64,000 nt of DNA, taken from positions 1-64,000 of IMG/VR virus record IMGVR_UViG_2939319381_000001, one strand, 5' to 3'. Source of the stretch: a virus (lineage: Duplodnaviria > Caudoviricetes). Both the position numbers and the translations under genes were made by a program. Each line of letters opens with the position of its first letter. The stretch's first letter is position 1. The notes under the pieces are model-generated. The model made no database searches. It was given only the letters and a program-made list of their open reading frames with translations, and was not told where the DNA came from. Shown piece after piece: positions 27,932 through 37,782 of this stretch.

Positions 27932-29347
27932 TCAGAACGGCGCCGGGCTGCACTCCTCGGCATCGGCCGGCTGGTAGCGAGCGGCTTCAACCTCCCACCA
28001 CGCAAGGCCCTCCGTCTCGGCGGAGTCCTCCACAAACGGCTCGCCGGGCTGTGCGGCCCTCTGCGGCGGCAGGGCAGCCTCGGCGGAACCGGTGCCCGCC
28101 CGGGCGGAGTTCGCGCCCTGGCGAGGCGGCTGGGCGCGCAGCCGGGCCCGTTCCGCCCGCCAGTCCGCCAACCGCTCCACACACAGCCGGCACACCTCCT
28201 TGGTGTCGACGTCCGCCCCGTTCTCGCACCGCAGATCCGGACACGCGAACCGGTCCCCACGCCGCAACGGCCGCACCAACGCGACCGCGACCCCCACCGG
28301 GCTGTCGAATGCCTTCTCCTGGGCCCAGATGTCCGCGAACCCGTGATTCGCCCACCGGAACCAGATCCGGTCCCGCATCTGCTCCACCGTTCGCCCCTCC
28401 GCCATCGCGCCCAGGATCGCGTCCGACAGCACCGGCAGATCCGGCAGGTCGCTCTCGAGGAGCTCCGGCGGGAAGAACGCCCGCACCCGGCGAACCAGGT
28501 CCAGCTGGTCCCGGGAGTGGGCCGCCTTCTTGCTGCCGCTTTTCGCCGTTCCGGCCGCCGTGCCGCGGGTGTCGGTCTTCGGGGTGGGGGAGGGGCTGGT
28601 CTTGCGGGACGCGGCGGAGCCGCCTTCACGCGCACGCCCGCTACTACCTGCAGAGGGCCTACGGCCGTCACCAGGGCTACGCCCTGAAAGGGCATCTCCA
28701 CCGGTAGCCGTACCAAAAGAAGGAACCAGAGGGCCGTCACGTTCAGGCTGCTCAGGTGCCGGATCCGGGTCGGAATTTGAACCCCGTGGGTCGGAATTCA
28801 AACCCGCCGGGTCGGAATTCCGACCCGTACCCTCCTCCGGGGCATCGCCATCGCCCTCCGGGTCGGAATTCCGACCCGCCTCCCGCGCGGCCGTCATCTC
28901 AGCGATGTGGCCCAGCTTGACCTCGGCGTTTCGCCATCCGGCGTACCCCTCGGGAGGCATGTCGTTGATCCGGAGCCGCATGGTGCGCTGTGCCGCCCCG
29001 GCGCGAGACGACGTCTTCACCGGGCCGCCCTCCGGTGTGGAGATCAGGCCGACGCTGGACAGGCCGGCCAGCATCCCGCGCACGCGCGTCAGGCTGCTCG
29101 GCTTCCCGTTCGGCCCGGGGATCAGGTCGCACAGGACAGCCAGAGTCAGCTTGCGGACCGGGTTCTTGTACTTCTCGACCACCAGCGCCCGTAGGACGAG
29201 GTAAGCCCGCACGTCCGGGTCCCGCAGGAAGGGACACAGGGCGATCCAGTCGTGCACGCGCGTCGTGAACCAGCCCCCGTCCTCGGGGCCGTACAGCTCG
29301 ACCGTGGTGTCCTCGGGCAGGCCGAACTGGAACTCATCGGCACTCAT
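27932..29347 (-). CDS. replication initiator (Rep) with N-terminal winged helix
   Basis: FTTRVHDWIAL...RAYLVLRAL...L.GLSSVGLI wHTH pattern; low-complexity linker with DNA iterons; C-terminal Cys domain. Confidence 0.7.
   Translation of the reverse strand: MSADEFQFGLPEDTTVELYGPEDGGWFTTRVHDWIALCPFLRDPDVRAYLVLRALVVEKYKNPVRKLTLAVLCDLIPGPNGKPSSLTRVRGMLAGLSSVGLISTPEGGPVKTSSRAGAAQRTMRLRINDMPPEGYAGWRNAEVKLGHIAEMTAAREAGRNSDPEGDGDAPEEGTGRNSDPAGLNSDPRGSNSDPDPAPEQPERDGPLVPSFGTATGGDALSGRSPGDGRRPSAGSSGRAREGGSAASRKTSPSPTPKTDTRGTAAGTAKSGSKKAAHSRDQLDLVRRVRAFFPPELLESDLPDLPVLSDAILGAMAEGRTVEQMRDRIWFRWANHGFADIWAQEKAFDSPVGVAVALVRPLRRGDRFACPDLRCENGADVDTKEVCRLCVERLADWRAERARLRAQPPRQGANSARAGTGSAEAALPPQRAAQPGEPFVEDSAETEGLAWWEVEAARYQPADAEECSPAPF
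28767..28878. repeat. iteron array (4x GGGTCGGAATT); probable replication origin inside rep
   Basis: Copies at 28767, 28788, 28809 (21-bp period) and 28860; the last two lie in perfect 20-bp palindromes CGGGTCGGAATTCCGACCCG. Confidence 0.75.
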
Positions 29348-29579
29348 CCGCTCACCCCCGCCATACGGACGACCACGGAGCGTGCACTTGCGGGGGTGCG
29401 GGGCACTACCGGTACTCTCGGGCGCATGAGCGACCTCGTTCTTTGAGCAGAGTGGACGTTCTGTGGGCAGCGGGCTGGAACCCGCTGTTGTGCTTGGAGG
29501 CCCGGTGGTGCTGCGATCCACCGGGCTTTCGCATGTCCAGGACTACCGCGTACTGCGGCTATGGCCGGGCGTAAGCGGT

Positions 29580-30113
29580 TCACGACTCGCCGCCCGCCGC
29601 GTGGCGCACGCGAAATCGACCGTTGTTCTGGAGAAGCCCGTCCGACCGCAGTAGTTCCAAGGCGGAGCGCGTCATGGCCCGTGAGGTGGCATATTGCTCG
29701 CTGAGGACGCCCACAGCTGGGAGGCAACTACCTGGTGGGTACTTGCCAGCGTGTACAGCGCTTCGGATCTGCTCCGCCAGCACTCGGGTTTCCGTCGTCA
29801 AGGCAGGGTCACTCTTCCGGTTGCTGGTACGCCAACCGGCGCCAAGTCGGTGGGTGTCTCCGAATCTCGGTCTCTCCAACCGCTCGATCTCTTCCTCCGC
29901 GAGGAGCGCGGCCTTCCTGTTTTCGCGCCAAGTGATGTCCGCTTGGGCAACCCAGTGCCACCAGAGCTTTCGGTTGGCGTGATCCTTGAGGCGGGTTTCG
30001 GGGGCCACTGAGATGCCGACGTACAGGAGTTCGCCACTTCCGTTCAGTAGCCGGTACACCGCAGTGCGGCCTGTGTACTCCGCGTTCCACGGAGACTCCA
30101 TGCTGCTTGTCAC
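29580..30113 (-). CDS. GIY-YIG domain fused to a GntR-type winged helix
   Basis: TAVYRL...LLYVGIS...RLKDH; C-terminal LAEQIRSAVHAGKYPPGSCLP...SRAMTRSALELL. Confidence 0.8.
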   Translation of the reverse strand: MTSSMESPWNAEYTGRTAVYRLLNGSGELLYVGISVAPETRLKDHANRKLWWHWVAQADITWRENRKAALLAEEEIERLERPRFGDTHRLGAGWRTSNRKSDPALTTETRVLAEQIRSAVHAGKYPPGSCLPAVGVLSEQYATSRAMTRSALELLRSDGLLQNNGRFRVRHAAGGES

Positions 30114-30412
30114 GGCTGGCTCCCTTCGTCTCCTCCGGCGTGCCCTGGGCGCCGGTAGTTCTGGCGGAAGAACTTGAGGAACGGCTCTGTCTCCATGAGG
30201 AGCGCATTACCGGCCTCTCCGTACGGGTACGGCCTATCAACGCCGAAGGGCCACACGTCGGCGTAGAGCTTCGACGTGGCGATGTGGCGGACGCCTTCGC
30301 GGGTGATGCTGTCGACGATCTTGAGCTTCACGAGGAGCTGGGCCCCGGATGTGAAGGTGACGGCCGGCGGCAGCCGTGTTTCTTCCTGATCTTGCTTCTT
30401 GCGGGCGCTCAT
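30110..30412 (-). CDS. small DNA-binding protein (Cro/excisionase-like)
   Basis: VTFTSGAQLL...ITREGVRHIA HTH-like pattern; first gene of the rep operon. Confidence 0.55.
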   Translation of the reverse strand: MSARKKQDQEETRLPPAVTFTSGAQLLVKLKIVDSITREGVRHIATSKLYADVWPFGVDRPYPYGEAGNALLMETEPFLKFFRQNYRRPGHAGGDEGSQP

Positions 30413-30434
30413 CGGCGTCTCCGCACGTCGCGAC

Positions 30435-30455
30435 CACTTGGCGGATTGCCAAGTG
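30435..30455. promoter_or_regulatory. palindrome CACTTGGC-N5-GCCAAGTG upstream of the rep operon
   Basis: 8-5-8 inverted repeat; related CACTTGTC half-site near 30504. Confidence 0.5.
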
Positions 30456-30600
30456 AAGGCGATACGCTCATGACGAATCTCCCTAGCTGGGGGTTCACGC
30501 AGCCACTTGTCTTCGCAGGTCGGTGGCTGTAAGGGGCGGTCGGCCGGGTGATGACCGGTCGGCCGTCCGCGCGTCCGGCTGGATGCCGGGGCGGACAAGA

Positions 30601-31347
30601 TCAGGCGTTATCAGCCCCTTCCTGCGGGCGTAGCGACGTGGTCCAGCGGAGGATCGTCGACCCCTCTGCAACCTTCACGGCCACCTCGACGACACGGCCA
30701 TCTTCGAGCGTCACCGTGCGGACGACCTGAGTGACGACCACGTCAGTGGCAGTCAGGCCCAAGGTCTCCTTCTCGGCCGCCGTGGCGAGCCGGCTGGTGA
30801 CCTCCTCGAGGACCTGGTCCTGAGCAACGCCCAGCCGGGACGCGGCGAGCTCCCTCGAGGCGCCGGTCGAAACCGGCTCCTGAAGCTCGGGGGTCACCGC
30901 GATCACGTAGGCCGGGTAATAGCTGCTGCTCAGATGAACCGGCATCCCGCCCCTGCTCACCACGCGCCGCCGCACCTGCACCGGCGTGCCCGGGGGCACC
31001 TCGAGTCGGGGCGCGACCAGCGCATCAGCGCCGACAGTGCCCACCTCGAGGATTCGCGACGACTCACCGCGCTCCAGGGCGCTACCCGTAGCCGCATGCA
31101 TTGCGACACGGGTGCCGATACCAGTGCTGGCCGGCGCGGCCACGATCGTCCCGACGCCCGGCTTGGTGAGGGTCAGCCCTTCCATCTTGAGGACCCGGTA
31201 TGCGCGGTTCACGGTCGTGTGAGCAACGCCGAAGCGCGCGCCGGACTCCTTGAGGCTCGGCATCGTGTCGCCGGGCCGGAGCGTTCCGTCCTGGATCTGC
31301 TGGCGAAAGTGCGCAGCGATCTCCGCGTACCCGGGTGTCTTGGACAT
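30601..31347 (-). CDS. GntR/HutC-family (UTRA) repressor, KorSA/TraR-like
   Basis: YAEIAAHFRQQIQDGTLRPGDTMPS...TVNRAYRVLKMEGL...PGVGT; UTRA C-terminus; divergent from the tra operon. Confidence 0.92.
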   Translation of the reverse strand: MSKTPGYAEIAAHFRQQIQDGTLRPGDTMPSLKESGARFGVAHTTVNRAYRVLKMEGLTLTKPGVGTIVAAPASTGIGTRVAMHAATGSALERGESSRILEVGTVGADALVAPRLEVPPGTPVQVRRRVVSRGGMPVHLSSSYYPAYVIAVTPELQEPVSTGASRELAASRLGVAQDQVLEEVTSRLATAAEKETLGLTATDVVVTQVVRTVTLEDGRVVEVAVKVAEGSTILRWTTSLRPQEGADNA

Positions 31348-31431
31348 GTCCTGCCTCCCTTCTCTGTCGTGGACTGCCCACTTCGTTGTGTGCAGCTGTG
31401 TCCCTATGAGAGTAGTCGACGAAAACTTCCC

Positions 31432-31471
31432 GCGCTACTAGTAGCGCCGGGGGTCGCGATGGGTCTACATT
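31432..31471 (+). promoter_or_regulatory. tra-operon promoter with 16-bp palindrome GCGCTACTAGTAGCGC
   Basis: Perfect palindrome at 31432-31447 upstream of -10 TACATT (31466-31471). Confidence 0.6.
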
Positions 31472-31601
31472 GAGGTTGTCGGGAACGACGGCGGTCCGAA
31501 AACGCCGAAGGGCCCAGGTGTGTCATCACCTGGGCCCGGAGGGGGCCGCCGAAACAGCCCGGCGGACCGTGTCCCACCTGCTCAACCAGGAGGAGATCCG
31601 C

Positions 31602-33739
31602 GTGAATCAGCGTAGCCGCATCACCGGACAGACCGCACCCACCACCACCCCCACCGAGCGCGTCTCCCGCGCCGACCAGATCATCGCCTTCCGCATCATG
31701 CGCGAGACCGAGATCGCCCCCAGCTGGTGGGCACGCCCCATCGAGATCGGCGAGACCGTCTCCGGCTTCGTGGCCGACCAGTTCTGCACCGAGCAGAACG
31801 CCGAGACGATGGACCGGAACCGGCTCAAGAGGCACCGCTACTACGCCGAGCCGATCTACGCCCCCACCGCCAACTCCGACGCCGACGAGGCCCTCCGCCG
31901 CGTCCAGGGCCGACCCGCCCCCACCACCACGCCGCGCACCCCGGCGGTGGCCTGATGGAAGACACCCTGCTCCGCCTCGCGATCGCCGGCATCATCGGCT
32001 CGCTGACCATCCTGTTCTTCCTCCGCACCCACCGGATCCCCGCCTGGGCGCTCCTCGCCATCTCGTCCGCACTGGCCGCGGTCGTGGCGAGCAACTGGGC
32101 GTACCGGGCCTTCCACATGGCCTGCACCATCACCTCGGTCTACGCCCTCGTGTCCGAGACGCGCCAGAACCGGGAGGCGCAGCGATGAGCACCGCCGACG
32201 ACCGCGCCCGCGCGCAGGCCCTCCTCGACGAGCTGTACCGGCTGAACGGCGCCGACACCCTCGGCAACCCCAACCAGGCCGCGGCCACCCGCATCCAGGT
32301 CCGCACCGCCGACGGCCAGCTGGTCGACGAAGCGCTCCTCTCCGCCCGGTCCACCGACGAGACCACCCTCGCCATCAGCGCCGTCGCCGAGTACGCCCTC
32401 GTGATGCCCGCCGACTACCAGGCCGGCCGCGGCACCCCCACCCCCAAGGTCGACGACCTCCTCATGGCCGACATCGAGGACCACTTCGCCGACGTCGACC
32501 TCGACGACCTCACCCGGACCGCCCTCAACGGCGCAGCCCCGGCTGACCGCATGGCCGTCACCCGCGCCATCGACGACATGTTCGGCCACATCCCGCACTG
32601 GGACGCCGAGGACGGCGACCTGTGATGGCCACCGCCGACCCCTACGGACCCGTCCACACCACCGGCAACGCCGTGCCGCCCCTGGACACCGACCTCTCCG
32701 GGGCCCTGGAGGACCTCGCCGGCATCCACCCCGGCATTGACCTCATCCGCGACGGCATCCGCCTCCTCGCCCTCGACCGCCACACGGTCGACGGCACCCA
32801 GACGCTCCTCGCGACCCTCGCCGGATCCGCCGGCGCCGACGTCATCACCGCAGTCGGCCACCTTGTCGCCCGGCTCGCCAACTCGGACCTCAACCCGGCG
32901 CTCCGCAACCTCCCCTTCGACGCACAGAAGACCGCCCAGCGGCACGGCGAACAGGCCGCCTTCCACCTGTCCGACCCCGACCTCGCCGACCACGCGAGCG
33001 AAGCATCCGCAGCGATCACCGGCACCTGACCACCACTGACCGCGGTGCCCGGACCCCCAGCCGGGCACCGCCCCACCGAAAGGACCCACCGTGACCGCCA
33101 CCGAATTCCGCCAGCAGCACGGAGACCCCGCCGGCTGGACCACCGCCGACATCGAAGCCCAGCAGAACCTCGCCGCCTGCGACGCCCTTCACCACCTCCC
33201 CGGCGGCACCCCCGGCCGAGGCAAAGGCAACCCGCTCTCGAACCTCGCCCCCACCGACATCAAGGCCGCCGCCGACCGCCTCCGCCAGCTCCTCGCCCCC
33301 GCCGCCTGATGGCCCGCCGCCTACGCCGCTTACGCCGCACCAGCCCCCTCGCCCGCTACGGCTTCCTCACCCTCACCCTCCTCGCCCTCGCCACCAACCA
33401 ACCCATCCCCGCCCTCATCTGCGCCGCCGCCACCACATACGCCTGGAAAGGACACCGATGACTTCGCTCTCCCTCGCCCTCCGCCACCACCGCGAAACCA
33501 CCACCCGCGACCTTGCCCAGCACATCACCACCAACCCCGACACCCACCCCGAGCTCCTCGAGAACCTCAACCAGCTGTGGCAGAAGCAGCCCGCCGACCA
33601 CACCAGTGACGACCTGGCCTGGATCGCAGCCGTAACCGCCCTCTCGCCGGAACTCCGCACGCATCTTCGGGACCAGGCCTACGCCGCCAGGCAGCACGCC
33701 GCCGCCCGATGCCTTACCTACACCAACGCCACCGCCTAA
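31602..33739 (+). other. run of small CDS at the start of the transfer/spread operon (31602-31955, 31955-32188, 32185-32625, 32622-33029, 33091-33309, 33309-33461, 33458-33739)
   Basis: Translationally coupled ORFs with RBSs; two are hydrophobic. Confidence 0.65.
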
Positions 33740-33775
33740 CCCGCCCCCACACGCACCCGAAAGGAAACCCGGCCC

Positions 33776-34972
33776 ATGCTGTCCCAGCTGCGCAACACGG
33801 TCGAGCAGGTGCCCGTCCAGGCATGGGTCACCCTCCTCGCCCTCACCACCCTCGCCTTCGGCTACCGCATCGCCCTGAAGTCCCGCCCCCGCACCACCAA
33901 GCCCAAGCCGGCCCGCGACCCCAAGAAGCGCCGCACCATCACCGGCTTCCTCGGCATGGGCCTCGTCGTACTCCTCGGCTTCGGCCTCTCCGCCGACACC
34001 AGCATCGTCTTCGCCGAAGCCCGACTCCACATGGAGTCCCCCTGGACCCTCACCGTCGGCCTCGCCCTCGAAGGCATCGTCCTCGGCCTCACCCTCTACT
34101 CCTGGGCCTTCGAGGACAAAGGCACCGCACGCGCCGCGTACCTCCTCGTCCTCGCCCAGGCCATCGGCGCCATCGAAGTCGTCCGCTTCCAGAACGAAGA
34201 CCTCGGCACCGCAGCCGTACGCATCGTCGGCCCCGTCATGCTCGCCTACGGACTCCACAAGCTCCTCGGACTCGAGACCAAGCTCAAGAAGATCGAAATC
34301 ACGTCCGACGGCATCCTCGCCCGAGCCTGGCGCGACCGCCTCAAGCGCATCGAATCCAAACTCGGCATCGGATCCCGCGGCGCCGACGCCGAAGCGATCT
34401 CCCGCAGCAACGCCGCCGACAAGTTCGTCGACCTCAACTCCGTCGGCAAGCCCCGGACCATGACCACCCGCCAGTACCGGCGCGCCCTCGTCCGCGCCGG
34501 CCGGGCCGCCCTCCACGGACTCGACGGACTGGAACGGCAGATGGCCGAAGCTCGCCTCGTCGACCGCATCGCCTTCGAGAAGGGCATGCAGATGGGTGGC
34601 GAGCACTTCGAGACCGCCCTCATGCGCGGAGTGCGTTCGAACACCGGACCGCTCAATCTGGATGCGGCCCCTCCGGTTGGCGGCGACCTCCTGACCAGCG
34701 CGGCTACCGAAGCCGCACCCTCCGGCCAGACCGAAACCACACCCGAGCCGCACGCCTCCAAGCCGCAGCCGCGTTCGAGCCCCGCCGCAACCGACGCCGA
34801 GCGGAAGTCGCGCGCCTTCGAGGTCTACGCCGACCTCGGCCAGCCCTCCCAGCGCGCCTTCATCAAGCAGTGGCGAGCCCTCGGCTACGGGGAGACCGAC
34901 CAGACCCTCCGCGACCTCTACGACGAAATGCACGCCGCCTTCGAGAAGGCCCGCAAGGGGAGCACCGACTGA
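33776..34972 (+). CDS. multi-TM plasmid spread (SpdB/DUF2637-like) protein
   Basis: 4-5 TM helices, then a soluble domain, Pro/Ala linker and terminal helical domain, as in Streptomyces Spd proteins. Confidence 0.65.
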   Translation: MLSQLRNTVEQVPVQAWVTLLALTTLAFGYRIALKSRPRTTKPKPARDPKKRRTITGFLGMGLVVLLGFGLSADTSIVFAEARLHMESPWTLTVGLALEGIVLGLTLYSWAFEDKGTARAAYLLVLAQAIGAIEVVRFQNEDLGTAAVRIVGPVMLAYGLHKLLGLETKLKKIEITSDGILARAWRDRLKRIESKLGIGSRGADAEAISRSNAADKFVDLNSVGKPRTMTTRQYRRALVRAGRAALHGLDGLERQMAEARLVDRIAFEKGMQMGGEHFETALMRGVRSNTGPLNLDAAPPVGGDLLTSAATEAAPSGQTETTPEPHASKPQPRSSPAATDAERKSRAFEVYADLGQPSQRAFIKQWRALGYGETDQTLRDLYDEMHAAFEKARKGSTD

Positions 34973-35229
34973 TGACCAGCCAAGGAGCCGACATGAAAGC
35001 CCAGTGGAACGCCGAAACGGCGCAGGCCGCCTTGAACCTTCTAGCGGCCGCGCAGGAGCGGATTGAGTCCGCGCTCAAGGTCGCCTCCCCCGGCGATGCC
35101 ATGGAACGGCACCGGGCAGCCGCGACGGCGCCCGTCCGCCTGTCCATCAGCCTCGACGTCTCCGACCTGGACCAGATCGGCAACGACCTGCACGCCTTCA
35201 ACGTGCAGGTCAGCAAGGAGAACACCTGA
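34972..35229 (+). CDS. hypothetical protein
   Basis: TGATG coupling on both sides. Confidence 0.5.
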   Translation: MTSQGADMKAQWNAETAQAALNLLAAAQERIESALKVASPGDAMERHRAAATAPVRLSISLDVSDLDQIGNDLHAFNVQVSKENT

Positions 35230-35777
35230 TGGACAGCGAGCGCGATTACATCGAGGCGAGGTTCCAGAACCTGACCTCCGGCCAGTGGGAGCAGCCCGCT
35301 GCAGCCCCCTACGGGCCGGCCGCCAGGGTGCCGATGACGGCGCAGACCAAGGCCGCTTTGGCCATGGTCGGGCTGGTCATCGCCGGGGGCACCGCGGTGG
35401 GCGTCAGCGCCTTCAGCGCCTCGTCCGGCCAGGCCGAGGTGCGGGCGCAGGAACTCGCTCTCCAGGCGCAGCAGCTGGAGGTGGAGAGGGCCAAGGTGAA
35501 TGCCCCGGACGCGAAAGCGGAGGAGCGTCGGGTGGCCGGTTTCCAGGCGTGCATCGAGAAGGCCGAGTACGACAAGGATGTCTGCGCGCAGGCGTTCCCG
35601 GCACCCAACGTGGGGCTGTCCGGACGGGCCTTCGGTGCCGCCAATGCCTCTTCCGTTTCTGACAGCGACCAGGGCGGAGGGATCAACGTCACCAGTGGTC
35701 TCGTGATCGCCGGGGTGGTTGTTGGCGGGGTCGCTTTCCTGGTCCGCAAGGCTGGCCGGACACATAACGCCGAGTAG
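35229..35777 (+). CDS. membrane protein with coiled coil (spread-associated)
   Basis: N- and C-terminal TM helices. Confidence 0.6.
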   Translation: MDSERDYIEARFQNLTSGQWEQPAAAPYGPAARVPMTAQTKAALAMVGLVIAGGTAVGVSAFSASSGQAEVRAQELALQAQQLEVERAKVNAPDAKAEERRVAGFQACIEKAEYDKDVCAQAFPAPNVGLSGRAFGAANASSVSDSDQGGGINVTSGLVIAGVVVGGVAFLVRKAGRTHNAE

Positions 35778-35778
35778 T

Positions 35779-35875
35779 TTCCTTCCCTCCTTCCTTCCCG
35801 CCCGGAAAGCCTGCCACCCGCCCTCGTGGGGCCTCTGAAAAGGGTCTTTCGGGCGGGAAGGAAGGAGGGAAGGAA
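35779..35875. repeat. perfect 26-bp polypyrimidine/polypurine inverted repeat
   Basis: TTCCTTCCCTCCTTCCTTCCCGCCCG (35779-35804) and its reverse complement (35850-35875). Confidence 0.9.
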
Positions 35876-35898
35876 GTCACACATAGTGAGGATTTCTT

Positions 35899-37770
35899 GT
35901 GACGACGCCGCCCCCGATGCCCGCCCAGCCGCCCACCGCCGGCACTCCGAACTTCACGCTGGCTCCGGCCCCGGCCACACCCCCAGCGCCCGCGCCGGCA
36001 CCCCCGACCGGAGGTGGAATTCTCGCTCCGGTTACGCTCGCTCGCCCCACCCGTGACCCCTCCGGAGGATCCGCCGCCCACACCTCGCAGGACGAGAACA
36101 GCAGCACGCCCGGGAAGCCCGGCAAGGGCGAGAAGAACACCGCCAACCCCGGCATGTGGAAGGGCATCGCCGCCCTCATCGCGAACCGGCCGCAGCGGAA
36201 AATGACGGTGCAGCACACCATCAGCGAGATCCGCGGAACATCCACCGACCGCAAGATCAACCACGGGGTCACGGAGAAGCGCGGGTCCACGTCCGACACC
36301 AAGTCGAACCGCTCCGCGACCACCGCCCACGCCAGCAAGAGCGACAAGTCCGCCAAGACCGCCGCCACCCGGGACGCGAAGACGTCGGCGGCCAGCACGA
36401 AGGCCGACAAGACCTCCCGGGACGCGAAGACCGCGGATACCCGCAGTGCGGCGAAGAAGGACAACCGCGACGCGAAGACGGCCGACACACGCAGTTCCGC
36501 GGACAAGACGTCCCGCGACGCGAAGACCGCCGACACCCGGGCATCGGCGGACAAGACCTCCCGCGACACCAAGGACGCTTCGGACCGCAAGGACCACAGC
36601 ACCCGCCAGCAGGCGGACAAGACGTCGGCCGACAAGCAGAACCGTGCGGCCCGCGACGACAAGACCCTCCGCAAGACGGACACCGCCGAACGGCAGCCGC
36701 CGGCAGGCAAGCACGTCTCCGCGGATCCATCGAAAACGGCACCGAACACACCGAAGACACTCGGCCCCGTGCCGGCGAGGAAGGACTCCGCCACCCAGCC
36801 GAAGGACCAGCCCGCAACGACCGAACCGCCAGCCCCCTCAGGCGCACAGGACAAGGCCAAGCCCAAGAAGGGCCCGTACACCGCGCAGCCCGCCCGCGAG
36901 GACGGCTTCAAGGCCGGGGCACAGGAGGCCGCCACTGAGGCGGACAAGGGTGCGTGGAGGGACGGCTACGAGGACGGCCAGCAGGCCATCCGCGACAAGG
37001 CCGCCCGCGACCGGGCACAGATGGACGCCGCCCGGGACCACGCCCGAGGAGTTCAGCCGGTCAAGCCCTCCATCCCTCCCAAGCCGTCCAGCCCACCGGC
37101 CAAGCCCCCCGTCCCCCCGAAGCCGGCCACCCCGCCGAACGCGCCAGTTCCTACGCCGTCCGCGCCCGCAACCCCCACAGCCACGAAGCCGACTGCCGCA
37201 CCCGCGGTGTCAGACCGTCAGCAGGCCATCCGCGCCGTCCGCGCCCGCATGCAAGGAACTCCGCCCGTGCCTGCCAACCCTGCCCCGAACAAGCCGTTCA
37301 CCCCCGCACCCACGATGGGAGCACAGCCCCTGGGGGCTGCGCTGTCCCGCTTCGGCGATGTTGAGCTGTCCAACGGCCGAGGGCTGACCACCGGCGAAGT
37401 CCGCACCCTCCGCAAACTCACCCAATTCCTGACCGGCAAGGAACAAGAAACCCACCAGATCGCCGACGAGTGCAAGCAGGCCAAAGAGGTCTCCGCAGGA
37501 CGCGTCAACGAGATCCAAAAGCTGATCGAGGACTGCCAGAACCCGAAGATCAAAGGCGGCAAGCAGCTGACCGCCGCCCTACAGAAACTCCTCGAAGCGA
37601 CCACCATCCAGGCGAGGGAGGCCGAGAAGATGCACGGCAACGCCGTACGAGGCATCGACGCCCTCAAAACCCTCAACCAGAACGCCCAGATCCGCCACGG
37701 CGGCGTGTACAAGGCCGTAGCCGACTCTCCCGAGACCGCCCCCGCCGAACGCCCCTTCTACAACCGATAG
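35899..37770 (+). CDS. transfer-associated protein with low-complexity ADKTSRDAKTADTR repeats and a helical C-terminal domain
   Basis: 623 aa; position two genes upstream of the FtsK-like translocase. Confidence 0.7.
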   Translation: MTTPPPMPAQPPTAGTPNFTLAPAPATPPAPAPAPPTGGGILAPVTLARPTRDPSGGSAAHTSQDENSSTPGKPGKGEKNTANPGMWKGIAALIANRPQRKMTVQHTISEIRGTSTDRKINHGVTEKRGSTSDTKSNRSATTAHASKSDKSAKTAATRDAKTSAASTKADKTSRDAKTADTRSAAKKDNRDAKTADTRSSADKTSRDAKTADTRASADKTSRDTKDASDRKDHSTRQQADKTSADKQNRAARDDKTLRKTDTAERQPPAGKHVSADPSKTAPNTPKTLGPVPARKDSATQPKDQPATTEPPAPSGAQDKAKPKKGPYTAQPAREDGFKAGAQEAATEADKGAWRDGYEDGQQAIRDKAARDRAQMDAARDHARGVQPVKPSIPPKPSSPPAKPPVPPKPATPPNAPVPTPSAPATPTATKPTAAPAVSDRQQAIRAVRARMQGTPPVPANPAPNKPFTPAPTMGAQPLGAALSRFGDVELSNGRGLTTGEVRTLRKLTQFLTGKEQETHQIADECKQAKEVSAGRVNEIQKLIEDCQNPKIKGGKQLTAALQKLLEATTIQAREAEKMHGNAVRGIDALKTLNQNAQIRHGGVYKAVADSPETAPAERPFYNR

Positions 37771-37782
37771 ACAGGACCCCCC

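Noticed and set aside
36350-36660. Tandem DNA repeats that might suggest a CRISPR array
   Set aside because: They are degenerate, in frame and encode peptide repeats; there are no unique spacers or cas genes
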